Positions 38,631 to 51,495 of a stretch of 64,000 nt of DNA are shown piece by piece; the first letter of the stretch is position 1; every line of letters starts with the position of its first letter. The DNA comes from Basidiobolus meristosporus CBS 931.73 (lineage: Eukaryota; Fungi; Basidiobolomycota): positions 1 to 64,000 of the forward strand of contig MCFE01000508.1 in NCBI GenBank assembly GCA_002104905.1. The letters are read 5' to 3'. Under the pieces are notes generated by a model. That model saw only the letters and a program-made list of their open reading frames with translations, had not been told where the DNA came from and made no database searches. The position numbers and the translations under genes are program-made.

Positions 38631-39521
38631 TAGTTGCAAAATAAGATTTTATTGCCTTTCAAGGGTCTTGGGCTTCTCCATTGTTGGTTGTTATTGCTTA
38701 TTAAAGCATCATATACTTCCTTCTTACTGGAGCTTGATTTTCTTAAATCTTCATCCAGCAGCGTTCTCCCTATAAAAAATAACTTGGTCCCACAGGTGGA
38801 TCCAATCCAGAACAGCCATCAAGATCCCTTTAGGGGACCAGAATAATACCAGCAGCTTGCAATTAATGCCCATCCACAAAATCTCATGAAGAGATCACAA
38901 TGTCATTTTGCTAATTTTACCACCAAATAATCTTAAAGAACATGCCAGTATCTGTACAGTGTTTTAGCAAGGGTGGCATGGCATTGTTGCAGTCTTAGTG
39001 TGCTCCACAACTATTTAAGTGGATCAAATTCACCAGTACATTGAATTGTCCAATATGGCAAAAAAGTTGGTAGTGCTTTAATGGCCACCTTGCGGGCCTT
39101 AGATGGTATTGTGTTGGCAGTACAGCAGCCTACAGCTAATTCCATATAAAGCTACAGTACCAATTTACCAGAAGGCATTTCCTTTTTCTACCTCCCCTTA
39201 CAATTCATATATTCAACTATGGAATCACCCACCTTTATTTGCTCACCCACTGCTACCTTGGGTATTCCACATAAAGTTTGAATCAAAAAATACTATGACC
39301 TCCAGCTTACTAGCCTCTACCAATGCACATACCTGCTGCAATTGACATACTTCTACCACCTCCACTTTACAGCTTTTTAGTGCAATACTTGCAAAGTTAC
39401 CATATAACTGGTATTGCTGGTAGCATATACATCTTGCAAGCATATGCATGGTTGCTGCCACTTCTGCCATGAATACCTCCTGAATATCTGCAAAGAACTT
39501 TTCAGTATTTAGCCAATATAT
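38630..39521 (-). pseudogene. tnp2 transposase C-terminal remnant
   Basis: Reverse complement of 2320-2690 plus 3770-4030. Confidence 0.7.
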
Positions 39522-42500
39522 TGTTACAAGTCTTGGTATCAGAGTTGAAGAGGAATAGGGAGTTCAGTTAAAATTATATTCACTAAAACTTGAGCTGATC
39601 TTTATTGAGGTTTCAGCAGCTCCTTACATACATTTTGCCAGATCAATTGCTGACTAATTGTATTTCCTAATGTAGGTTGTGGCTGATGACTCATTTAATT
39701 GCATCATCATCACCCAATAAGATCCTACTTAATATATCTATTTCTGTCTGATGAGGATCTGCTGATTCATTTGCTGACTAATGCTACTGATTTGATAGAT
39801 AATACTGATATACAGATAAGCTAAACATATAACTATTTGATTTGACTAAAAACTGATCTGACTTAAACATTCAAGCAGCAGCTCATAATGTTCTCCCCCA
39901 ATAGAGTTGAGAGGGATCTCCTGAATCTCTTTTCTTGTGATACTAATATCTTGCTGGTTCAGTATTATCAGCAAGACTTGCAAGCTTGAGTCTGTCTATA
40001 TGCACTAATTCTTCCTGGATATTGCCTTATTTGTCTACTAGTTTGTAAGTTGCAAATTGTCATTCTTGCATGATCTTGAATGGTCTTGTCCATTGTGGCT
40101 CAAAATTTTTAAGAGTGTTGTTTCTGAGCACTACAAAGTTCCCAACTGTCAATGCTTCTGGTGCTATAGTCTTATCAGATCTCTGCTTCATCTTTTCATC
40201 ACTTTGAGATACTTTGGCCTGTGCCTCTTGGCACCTTTGTTCCATTTGGTGGTGTCTACTTGGCTGACTGAGTTCATCCCCTGAGGTCTCTGTAAGCTTT
40301 GGTTGTGTGAGATCTCCTGGAATCCTTGGTTCACATCCATACACTAAGTAAAATGGTGATTGCTGGGTGGTGTTGTGTACTCTGACTCTGCATGCAAAGA
40401 GTGCTTGGACTATATACTCATCCCATCTACTGACAACTCCATTTGCATACTTGGACAGCATTTTGCCAAATAGTCCATTAAACTGTTTGGTAACTCCATT
40501 AGTTCTGGGGTGATATACCAAGGTTTTCAAGTGTTTGATCTGCTGCATTTCCAGGTAAGCTTCCAGTGTCTTTGCCCTAAAGTTTGCACCTCTATTGGAT
40601 AGAATCTCTATCTGGCATCCAAACTTCATAAGGATCTCACGGTAGATGAAACTTGCAACTTCTTGTTCACTGGCTGTTGGTACTGCTTTAGCCACTGGCC
40701 ATGTAGTGGCATAGTCAATAGTTACTAGGATTCAATGTTTGCATTTCCTGGTAGTTGGCAGTCTTCCAATAAAGTCAATTCCCCATCTTTTGAATAGTCT
40801 AACAGCCTCCAAAGAAAGAGTTCAGCAATTCTCTGTGGTTGGCCTTGGTTGATTTGGCAATTTGGGCATGTTTTCACTAGCTTCTCAATGTCATGTTTCA
40901 TTCTAGGCCACCATGCTCTGGCTTTCACAAGGCTATAAGTTCCTTCAATTCCCAGATGTCCATATCCATTTTGTAGCTTGAGTATTAAATCCAGGCAAGA
41001 AACATAAGGGCAATAGGCAATGGGGCTTCCATCAACAATTTGGTAGAGTGTTTCATCCTGTACTACAAATTTGCTGGCTTCATCCTGGATTATCTTCTTG
41101 ATATCTTCATCCACCTCATTAGGAATGGCTTGGTTCTCCAAGTACTTTGTTAATAGGCTAGGCCAATATGACTCATGCACCAAGTTGAGTTATGCAACTT
41201 GTTCTAATCTTGATAAGGCATCAGCAACCATGTTGTTTTTTCCAGGGCAGTAGACAATATCCAAATAAGATTGCTGAATGTAATCACACCTTCTTGTCAT
41301 TTTTCTATAGAGTACCTTCTGAGTGAATATATACTGAGGGAGGCATGATCAGTCTTCACAGTGCATTTGACTCCTTCAATATAGCATCTCCATGTCTTCA
41401 AACAGTGTATTATAGCAAGCATCTCCTTCTCATGTACTGGAAAGTTTTGTTCTGCTGAGTTCAGTTTCCGGGATTCAAAGGCAATGGGGTAGTCCTTTCC
41501 CTTGTGTTCTTGGCTTAACACTCCACCAATTGCATAATCTGAAGCTTCTGTGCACAGAGTAAGCTCTTTTCTAGAGTTGGGTATTCTTAAGCTTGGCAGC
41601 TTAGCAAGTTCATTCTTGAGCATCTGGAAGGCAGTTTCACAAGCTATGTCCCACTTGTAGGTATTGTCATTCTTAAGGATATCAGTTAAAGGGGCTGCAA
41701 TACTTGCAAAGGACTTGACAAAGCTCTGATACGCTGTGGGGCTGCTTTGATTCTTAATAACTTCAACCTTCTTAGGGTCTAAGGTTACTCCTGTGCTATT
41801 CACTATGTGCTATGAATAGACACAAGGCAGGAGAGTAGGACTAGGCAAGGCAGGACCAGGAAAGGACTTAGGTGTGGATCAACAAGGCAAGGCAGATTTT
41901 GAAGGCAAGGCTGTTTATTCAAGACCTGTGTTTATCATACTGAGGAATACTAAAGGGGGGATAGGACTATATATACTTTTGGCTATACTGATGCCAAGAT
42001 ATTAGCTATTACTAAAGGGGTTGTGGGGTGAGGCACAGCAGCAGTGCTGGGGATAATAATATAGAAGGCAAGGCACTGAGACAGGATGGGGAAATAAATT
42101 GGGTCAACTGATCATGTGACCTGGTACTTCCATATATGGAACTAGACTATGAAAAACCCAATGGGAAGCTTCCATGGAATGTTCCATTGTGTAACAATGG
42201 TTTGGGATGGTCAGGAACTTTCTGCAAGGTGGTGGAAGGTTCCAAAAGGAATCTGTTAGAAATTGAGCTAGGAAGCTGAAACTTGGCATGGGTGTTAATC
42301 CTTACTGGCTGAGTATATGGTTGATTATATGAGAGTTCCCATCAGCTGTTGTGACTAAGGTTGACTTGGTGGGTTCCAAGTTGATTCCAGCTTTCAAAGC
42401 AAATTGCTCTGACATGTACTCATGCATTGCTCCTGAGTCAATTATGATGTGGGCAGGTACTCCATTGATTACTCCATTTCAGTATAATAACTTTCCTGAG

Positions 42501-43699
42501 CTTGGGGTCATCTGTGATAGGTATTCTTCTGTCATATGGAAGGTGAGTTCTGAGTCTTCTTCAAGTTCATCCTCCTTGTTACTATACTCCAGGGCCTCAA
42601 TATTGTTAAAGGCTCTTGATGACTGGTGTCCATTTCTTTTCTGAGGGCAGTACTTTGCAATATGTCCCTGCTGGTGGCAATTGAAACAAGGTCCTTTCTT
42701 CTTACATTATTCTGAGGTAGGATTCTTCTGCATAGCATCTATTTCCATTGGCACTGCTTCCAATTGTCTTCTTTCACAGTGATAGTAGCCTATCTGATTA
42801 GTCATTTTGTGCTTCCCAACTCCAAACATAGCTGAGTCATAGTCAATGGCAATCTTGATGACTTCTTCAATAGTGTGAGATCTTCAATAATTCACTTCCT
42901 TACAAGTTCTTTCTTTCAACCCATCAACAAAGTATTTCACTTGATCCAGAGGGTCCATTCTTTCAATTTGCCCAAGTACATCTGTATTCATAGATGTACT
43001 CTTGGACCATTCCTTTCTGTTTGAGTGTCTTCAACTTTCTTCTTAGTAGTGTCTATTGGTGTGGGGGCTCAAAGGCATCCTGAATTTCCAACACAAACTC
43101 ATCCCAGGTAGAGATTGTAGAGCATCCCATCATGGTGGCTGACCTGATCTTGTTGTGGTACCACTGTAAAGCTGCATCTGCCAGGTAAGAGGCTGCATAA
43201 TGTAACTAGCTTTCTGGAGTAATTCCCTTAGGCTTGAAAGCTTCTTCAATCTGGAAGAGCCAAGTTCCCAGGTTTTCATTGACTCTACCATGGTACCAGT
43301 TGACCTTCACACTAAAGTTGCTATTGACCAGGTTTTGCTGGCTTTGGGCCATGGTAGTCATTCCTTGTTGCTGCTGGCTAAGGATCTGGAGTAATTGTTG
43401 CTGCTGGGCCAGGATTTGTTGCATAGCATTCTTTCATTCTTGATTTTTGGACATCTTGAGGGAGGCTTCTTTCTTCAGGAGGGAGGTTTTTGGTCATTGC
43501 TGCTAGCAATTTTTCAAGTCTTGGTATAAGAGTTGTAGAGGAACAGGAAGTTTAGCTTGCATGATATTCACTAAAACCTGAACTGATCTTTATTTAGGTT
43601 CCAGCAGCTCCTTATATGCATTTTGCTAGATCAAATGATGACTAATTGTATTTCCTAAAGTAGTTTGAGGCTGATGACTCATTTCTTTGCATCATCATC
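39522..43699 (-). mobile_element. Degenerate gypsy D copy (3' LTR 39522-39890, partial 5' LTR 43511-43699, RT core missing)
   Basis: Minus-strand ORFs 40060-40695, 40725-41183, 41297-41803, 43206-43424 match D pol/gag. Confidence 0.93.
41808..42296 (-). repeat. Truncated LTR related to chromovirus E, located at the RT deletion of the gypsy D copy
   Basis: TGCTATGAATAGACACAAGGCAGG matches the starts at 57642 and 61647. Confidence 0.85.
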
Positions 43700-46600
43700 T
43701 TGAAGTGATTGGGATATAGTAGTAGCTGCAATTTGACTTTTCTTCCTATCTTCCACGTTTCTGCTCCATAGGAAACTCCCAAAAGGTGAAGCAAGGCCCA
43801 ATATTCTCCACGTACCATGCAGGATGGAGTGGAGAATGGACACAGTAGCAGCAGAGATCTAAGTATTCAGCTTTATATTTGTAGTATAGCCATTCAAATA
43901 CATTTACAAACTCTTCACACAACAGCTATAGATGCATCAAGTAGGCATTGGTGATCTGCTTCTGGATAAGCATTCCTACAATGTCCACATATGACTCCCA
44001 ATGCTTCCATTGTACTCTTGGTTGCAATGGCTTCAGAACACCACTTGAATAAATACGTAACCAGTTTATCGAGTCTTTGCATTTGTGTTGTTGCACATGA
44101 ATATGAATATTAATTGGAGCTCATGAGAAGTACTTAGGGTAGTGGATACTCTGTAATATCTTGCCAATTCTTTCAAATTTCTCTAGTATCTCAAAGGGCT
44201 CATTTAGCTTGAAACGCCCAAGGTACAACTTGATTATCAGTATAGGGATATTGTTGAAAAGCAAATGCATTTCTCCCAGTGGAAAGTGTTTGCTCCAACA
44301 GATATCATCTATCTTAAGTGTCTCCAGTTTCCCATTGATTCCATATTCTGGCCAATGGTATATAGCTTGCCAACCTTGCTGCAATTGCATGCTGACTTCT
44401 GTACATTCTCTCTGTGGAAAGATGATGTTCTTAGTGCTGGTGTTTAGGTAAGAATAATGTGTGTGAGTTATGGAGTAAGTCCCCTGGATCTCACACATTT
44501 GACAGCAATACCGTCCATTGTGCCTGAAAAAACCTGCTATCTGCTGATGGCTGGGGTATTTCCAATGCATATAATACTATGCACTTTTATATAATGGCTA
44601 TTAAATGTTATCCTACTGGAAAGCATACAAAATTCATCCAGCAATGGATACAGGTTGCTACCCAGATTGGACAGTGATTTAGGTCCAGATACCAGTGGGA
44701 CTACCATCAGATTATTGCTCTAATACTGTAAGATGGGCAGCAGATTCAGATCAATGAGAATCAGTGGCCAGTAAGATTTGCTGGTAAAGTACTTGTTTAA
44801 TGGGAATCTATCAATTGCTAAGGCAAAGGCATGGCCATACATACCTTCAAAGTAGCCCTTGCTTCCTAGCTGCTTGTAATGTTTGCCATCAAATATATTG
44901 GATATGTTTTTGCTTGATTTATACTGAGTGTGGTACTGTATAGCTTTCCAATATTTATTGGACTACATCAGCTTCCTCAGACAGGGAATGACTGGAATAT
45001 ATCCAGAGTGTGAACAATGTTTTCTCTTAATGGTGGTGGATTTCTGAAAATTTGGGCATGTTGCAATGGTAGCATTTTTGAATGTGAATGCCATGCAACT
45101 GTTACACATGCTGGAATTGAGACAGTCTCTGGATCACATGTTGCCATCCACATGATGGTTGTCCACTTATACCATGTACATGCTATGTTGCATCCTGGTA
45201 TGACTTGGCAAGAAGTAGTAATAAATCCTCAAAGACCCCAATACTGATATTAGTGGAAACACTGTGATAGGGTAAACATACCTCCCACAGACAAGTTTAT
45301 TCATATAGCCATTATGATATACTTATTCATATTTTATCTTATCAGTATTATCCCATTCTTCTTTTGCCCATATTATCAGTATTATCCCCGTATGATGTTT
45401 ACCCTGATTAGTTATTAGCATTAGTTATCCCAGATGTTATTCAGCTTTGTGATCAGTATATGTATCTACATAAGGCAAGTACCGGTGCCGGTACCTGTGA
45501 CACATGACCTAGGTCTGTGTTACCATCCCTACCAATTCAATACCATATATGGTATTTCTATATTGCACAGGTTTCAGACTGCTGATTCCTGATTGGTTGA
45601 ATGTGCTGTGCCTTTTAGAACCTTCCAGGACATTCTTGGCATACTTTTAGCTCATAGTGATGTCACCAAGAATTCCACTGATGCCTAGAATCTTCTAGAT
45701 CCTTGTCATTAGTAATCACTTGACAATCAGGAAAAGTATTTAAGGGAAAGCAATCCCTCATCAATAAATCATCCCTTCTATCAGTAACACTTCTCCCTTA
45801 TTGATTAGCAGTGGATCGCGGCACCTACCTTTAACAGTTACATCTCAGACTTGCCATCAAGGGGCTTTTCAGGGTAGTGAACAAGACACACAGAGACCTT
45901 TGAAGACACTTGGAGCATCTAGGAAGCTAGAGAAGCAGGAGCTTTTACCATAGTGGCATATTGACAAAGACACCAGCAGTTTTGACACAGAATTTATTGC
46001 ACCCATCAGACACCTCACACACCTTAAGTTGTGTAACTTCTCCCAGGAGCATCTCTACACCACCACAACACGCCACTTCTCTAGCTGCAACATTAAATCA
46101 TTCACCAGTAGATGGATTACTAGGCTCACGTGGCTCCATAAAGTATCCTTGGCATTTGCTTCAATTGGTGTTGTCTTGTTGCATATGGTGATTTTACTGG
46201 GCTCATATGTGGTACTATTGTTAGGAGAGGTAGGCTCAAAATCCATCAGTGAGCTGTCTTTGTCAGAGCTATCACTCTGCATGCCATATTCAGAAGGTTA
46301 AAGTGATCCTAAAGGTGTCAAAAACCCACCTGACTCAGTTTGCACAAGGTGACAAAGATGACCAGGTGCCAATATAGAAGTATCAACTGGCCAGCAAGAT
46401 AATGTTGGTACAGTAGTGACCAAGGAATGATCAAATATGACTTGTGTGGTAAAACACTGGCCATGATCCTTGTAATACTTCCTACACTGTCTGTGTGCTT
46501 CATGGCTGAGCAGCTTGCCACAATAGCCACATGATCTTTTTTCTCTTCTCTTACAGCATTGAGTCAAAGTAGTCCTGTCCAAGGGGCAAGCAGTTTGGCC

Positions 46601-46760
46601 TTCAACAACATAATACTATTACATCATATTTTGGTCAATACTCATGTAAGCTTAAGACAGTCTTGTATTTAAGACATTGCACCTGCATGAATGTAAGATT
46701 CAATGATGACTTGCCATAGTAAACATTATTAATATAGTTGTGGCACCACATACACATGTA
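43700..46760 (-). pseudogene. tnp2 transposase remnant, copy interrupted by solo LTR B2
   Basis: ORF 44121-44570 (GHNG-like RHNGRYCCQMCEI); NSCMAF...NIFDGKHY motif region at 44880-45130. Confidence 0.85.
45263..46067 (+). mobile_element. Solo LTR of a gypsy B-related subfamily (B2, 805 bp), TSD ACAC/ACAC
   Basis: TG...CACCACCACA; central part aligns with LTR B; host tnp2 rejoins. Confidence 0.9.
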
Positions 46761-46804
46761 AGTGTAACACTATTTCCCCTTTGGTTTGACTCACTTCCAT
46801 ATAT

Positions 46805-48870
46805 ATGCTGCCAGAAAATAAAGCAAAGTTATCTGGTTCCCAATTAAATCCACCGCTGATGGCAACAGAGGAATGGTTGGACAACAGCTTGCTTTGACAT
46901 TCAGTGCAACAAGTGGGGCTACATCCAAAAAAGGCCCTGTGGACAGTGTGCCCATTGAAGGTAATAATGCAGACTCCTCAGGCTCTCCGTCAAGTAGGCA
47001 ACTGAGAACCTCTGCAAATCCACAAGCTAACTGTTATGCTCAGAATGATGAGAATGTAGCAAATGCAGTACCCTTAGTTGAAGACCAGCAAGTGGCTGGC
47101 ATAACATCACCACCACCCATATTAGCAAGTATGTTGTCAGCTCATACCAAAGCATTTGGGTGTAGTGAGTGATAGGATAGATACAATGGCCCAGAGAAAT
47201 CAGGAAATAGCCCAGAAACAGGAGGAGGTGATAATATATGTAGAGCAGTCAATGTTCTGGTAGAGAAAGCAGTATCTTTGCTGCAAAGAAGGAACTCAAG
47301 TAGCTCAATGTCACAGCCAAGAACTGAGCCATTTCCTAATGTAACAGGAGAGGAGCACTGTACAGACTTTGAAGCACAACAACATGCCCAAAGATGAAGC
47401 CCATAGAAGAACCTACCACAGCATGGGAGGGGGACATTGTGACATCCATACCAGAGCCTAAAAATCAAAAGACATTGAAGATCTGTGATGCTGCTGAGTG
47501 CAATAATGAAGAGTGGGGTAATATTCAGGAAGCTCTCAGAAGTCTAGCACACCATCACCTTAAGGCCAGCATGCCTTGGGACTATCAGGTACTCAGGCCA
47601 AGCAGAATGCCCTTTATTAGTTCTGTGAGCATTATCTTAGACTCTGACAGGCAAGCAGACTTTGGGCCAGCATTTGTATGCTAAGAAAGTATTGTAAGAA
47701 TAGAAGAAACTATCAATGGCAGAAGAACAAGGGTGCCATGGCTAAACGCCAGCAAGTTCTTCAAAGCCCATTACAAGCAGGGCCAAAAGCTCCAGACAAG
47801 CATCAAAGAGATGTCAGGTAACTGTAAGTGTGCCAATTATGGACAAGCAGGCAGACACAGATGCACTAGCACAACACTTAACAAGAAAAAAGCGTGATAC
47901 CACTCAAGAAGCACTCAGTCAAAGTAGCAGTGAAGGACCTGGCAGTGATAAAAACAAGCAGCTTTTACAGGAGCCCTTAACAATGATAGTTCAGAGATTG
48001 AAACAAGCAGAAAAGAAATGTCACATTGCCAGAAGAGCGCCAGCAAGGGACAAGCAGGGCAAAACAGATGTGTCAGAGCGGAATTTATCCAGGAGAAAAC
48101 AAGTTCTTTACAAGAAAAATCAGACATAATAGTAGTGAAAGACCTGACAGTGATAAAGGAAAAGGGAAAGGGAAAAACATCTACCCAATCCTGAAACAGG
48201 GAGGCATGAAAAAAAACTGCAGTTCTTGCCAATTAAAGCTGCAAGTCTGGAACAGACTGAATCCCATCATAGCCAAGAAGAATTACCAACAAGAAAACAG
48301 CTGTTTTCACAAGAGTTGGAAGCGCAGCCAGTTGAGTTATACTCCAGTAAGGTAGATGAGTTTGCTGTAAAAGGCAACTTGTCTACTACAGCCCCCACAT
48401 CCTCCAGTGATGACATATTGGAGATCCCACTGACAGACAAGGCTACAATGGCAAGAGCTTGATACACTATCACAATGCCTTCAGTGGAATTCTGGAACAT
48501 TAATAGGCACACCAAGAGGTTGCAGCACTTCTTCAAGTGCAGTGCTCAAGAAAACCCACTGGAATATTGCAAGGATTTATTGCAAAGACTGGCGGATGAG
48601 GTGTTAGACCTTCCAGTGCTGGCTGAAGACCGGGATGTGTGAGAACCAGTGAATGAACAGTGGCATAAAGCTGTTGGGTTCCCACCAAAGTTGTGGAAGT
48701 AGAGTATTACATCAGAAATACTTTTTTTGAGCAGTGGATTTTATGGAGTTACTTGTTGAGCATAGGGCTAGGCTTAATGTTAGTGTAGGGTATAGGAACT
48801 TGTATAGGTCAATTCAATTGGCTATTGAGGTATAACTGAAGTTTCAATGGAAATAAATCAATATGTATGC
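46805..48870 (+). pseudogene. Decayed accessory gene of the tnp2 element, copy 2
   Basis: ORF fragments 46873-47172, 47394-47684, 48226-48462; C-terminal motif LEYCKDLLQRLADEVLDL. Confidence 0.7.
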
Positions 48871-49923
48871 ATGGAAAGTAAAAGAAATGGTTGAGTCAGG
48901 AAGTAAGGAGTGTGAAAAAGAGGCACTAGCCAATCAATGCACACAAATGTAGGAGGTGATAGCATGTCTGGGATCTGAAGGTGAGCAAATTTGCAGGGAA
49001 CCAATCAAAAGTCACTTATATATTATTGTGATGAAAAAATTTCACTAAGCTTTTTGTGAAATCTGGGGTGCAATGATTTTTCAACAGTCTCTGGACAGTG
49101 TCCTGACAGGATCAGTACCTCCTAGTCATGGGACTTTAACTTTGTGATGGTCTTTTGATGGGATCATTACAATAATTTTCCATAGGGCTCTGTACATTTT
49201 CTCTGCAGACCAATGACGTTCCTAGTGTTGGTGTTTGGATAATAGTAATGTGTGTGAGTTACAGAGTAAGTCCCCTGGATTTTGCATATTGGACAGCAAT
49301 ACCATCCATTGTGCCCTGAAAAGCTGGCTACCTTGCTGATGGCTGGTGTATGTTCAATGGAGATAATAATATGCGCTTTGATATAGCCACCATTTTTCAT
49401 TATCCTGCTGGAAGCACACAAAATTCATCCAGCAATGGATACCAATAGCTATCCTGGTTGGATGGCAATTTAGGCCCAGATAACCTTGAGACTACAATCA
49501 TATTTCTGCTCTGATACCATGAGATAGGCAGCAGATTCAGGTTGATGAGAATCAGTGGCCAGCAGGATTTGCTGGTAGAGTACTTGTATTGCAAGACTTG
49601 TTCTGTTGAGTTATAATTAGCTTGGGGTGTGTTCTACAATGTAGAGGCTAATCAACAATGTACAACAACTTCCAGTAAGCTAGTATTAAAATAGTTTATT
49701 GGGTGCTTGATATACTGATAGAATATAAAACTCTCACCAATATCTTCAATCTTAGGCTCAAAATATATTCTAGGCAATGTATCTCACTTCTACAGCAGTA
49801 TTCTGACCTTCTGTTGACCATAGGGCTTATATACTTTTATAGCAACTATTCCTTATATGGAAGTCATTTTTTTCTTAGAAAAAAATATTTCCTAATGTGG
49901 AAGTCCTGAACTCCACTTTAAAC

Positions 49924-50116
49924 TGAAAGGGTGTCTAAAGGGGTGTCTTTAAAATAAAGGGGCTTCTTGTAGTGGTCTCTAAAGTGGACTTTACACTACA
50001 GGGTGCCTACAGGGGCTACTTTAGAGTAAGGGGGCTTCTTAAAGGGGTCTCTAAAGGGGTCTTTAGAATAAAAAGGTGTGTTCAGAGTGAAGGGGTTTCT
50101 TAAAGGGGACTTTTCC
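49924..50116 (+). repeat. Tandem array of about 13 AAAGGGG(T/C)TCT-type units
   Basis: AAAGGGGCTTCTT / AAAGGGGTCTCT / AAAGGGGTCTTT repeated with an ~42-bp higher-order period. Confidence 0.85.
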
Positions 50117-50424
50117 AACAGAAAAGTAGGAGTTTTTGTAGAGCTTTTATTGGAATCTTGTGAACTTTGCAATCTCTTTACTGATGTAGTTTTAATCAAA
50201 GTTAGATTACTCAACAGAGTAAGTAATGCAGGCAAAGTCTTTTAACATTTGGACTAGTAATTATAGTGTGGAGACTCTGGAAAGAGAGCTCCATTATATT
50301 TTTCAGCTGGGGAAGCCATATATACAAAAATGTGAAGGATCCAAGTTTTTGGGCAACTGCACTAGCAATGCATGAGATACAAGGCTAAAATCTTGCAGTT
50401 GCAATGTTAAGACATAGGTGCTGC

Positions 50425-51495
50425 TGTGGTGGTGTATAGGTCCAAGGGAGAGATATGTCCAACACTTCTCAAGTGTTTTGTGTGTGGGGTGTTCACTGGG
50501 TGCAATAACCTCTGGCAAAAGCTTGCTAGGAATACTTGGGTTCTGTCTCTAATCTAATGTGAAGGGGAATAAAGCCACAAGCTTCTCAAGGGAAAACTAT
50601 TGAGCTACAATCCCCAACTTAGTTGGCATCTTAACAAAAGTATGTGCTGGGTTCAGCGTCCTTTGAGATGACATTGTACTAATGCTTCCAAAGTCAAAAC
50701 TACTGTAAACTCCACCAGCAGGGACTTGATAAGAATGCAGCTGTATTCAATAGTTACAAAGACAGAAAAGTGTCTTTGCCTGTACAAGAACAAACTTGGG
50801 AAAGAATCAAATATAATAAAAGATGCCAACTCTGAGTATTCCATGTAAGTAGTACCTCCAAGGTCAGTTGGCTGTCAGCACGGTTTCCTGGGAGTGTCCT
50901 GCGGTCTAGGGTTGGAAGTTCAGGTAGCAGCAGGTAGCAATGATCACACTAATCAACAAGTTGGTATATTGATAAAAGGGTTGATGATTTATTGTTGAGG
51001 GATAGCCTCCCTTATATACTTTTCTCACTGGCTAAGTGATTACTAATCATGGTGTTCCAGAAGGTTCCAGATATCAATAGAAATCTTAATGACATCAGAA
51101 TGACCCAAGAATGTTCCAAGTAGGTGCTGGAAGATTCTAAGTGGCACAGCACATCCAACCAATCAGGAATCAGTATTCTGAGACTTGTGTAACATAGGGA
51201 TACCATATATGGTATGGAAATGGTAGGGATGGTGACACAGGTTGATCATGTGTTACAGGTACTGGCGCGGGTACTTGCCAAATATAGATGTACTTATAGC
51301 TAGTAATCTTACATAAGGTGAGAGGTAACTCATGCAATAAGGTAAGCAGGTGTGATAGTCAACTGGCTTATGGGATAGTACTGATTGGGTAAGACAAATG
51401 GGATAAAACTGAAATAAGTGTAGTAGAGATATAGGGAAGTAGAAAATAGGGGAATGAGCACATCTGTCAGTGGGTGTCACTGTCACCCCACTACA
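50425..51495 (-). mobile_element. Solo LTR gypsy B (1071 bp), TSD CTGC/CCGC
   Basis: Reverse complement of 2696-3766; empty site GGTGCAGCACC seen at ~20435. Confidence 0.94.

Noticed and set aside
49594-49608. AGACTTGTTCTGTTG as another Pangu TIR bounding repeat X
   Set aside because: No partner TIR, no ANT TSD, and the other X copies diverge here
49994-50000. CACTACA as a CACTA terminus
   Set aside because: Lies inside the tandem array with no inverted partner or 3-bp TSD
49924-50116. CRISPR-like array
   Set aside because: Units are short, degenerate and lack unique spacers; eukaryotic TE context
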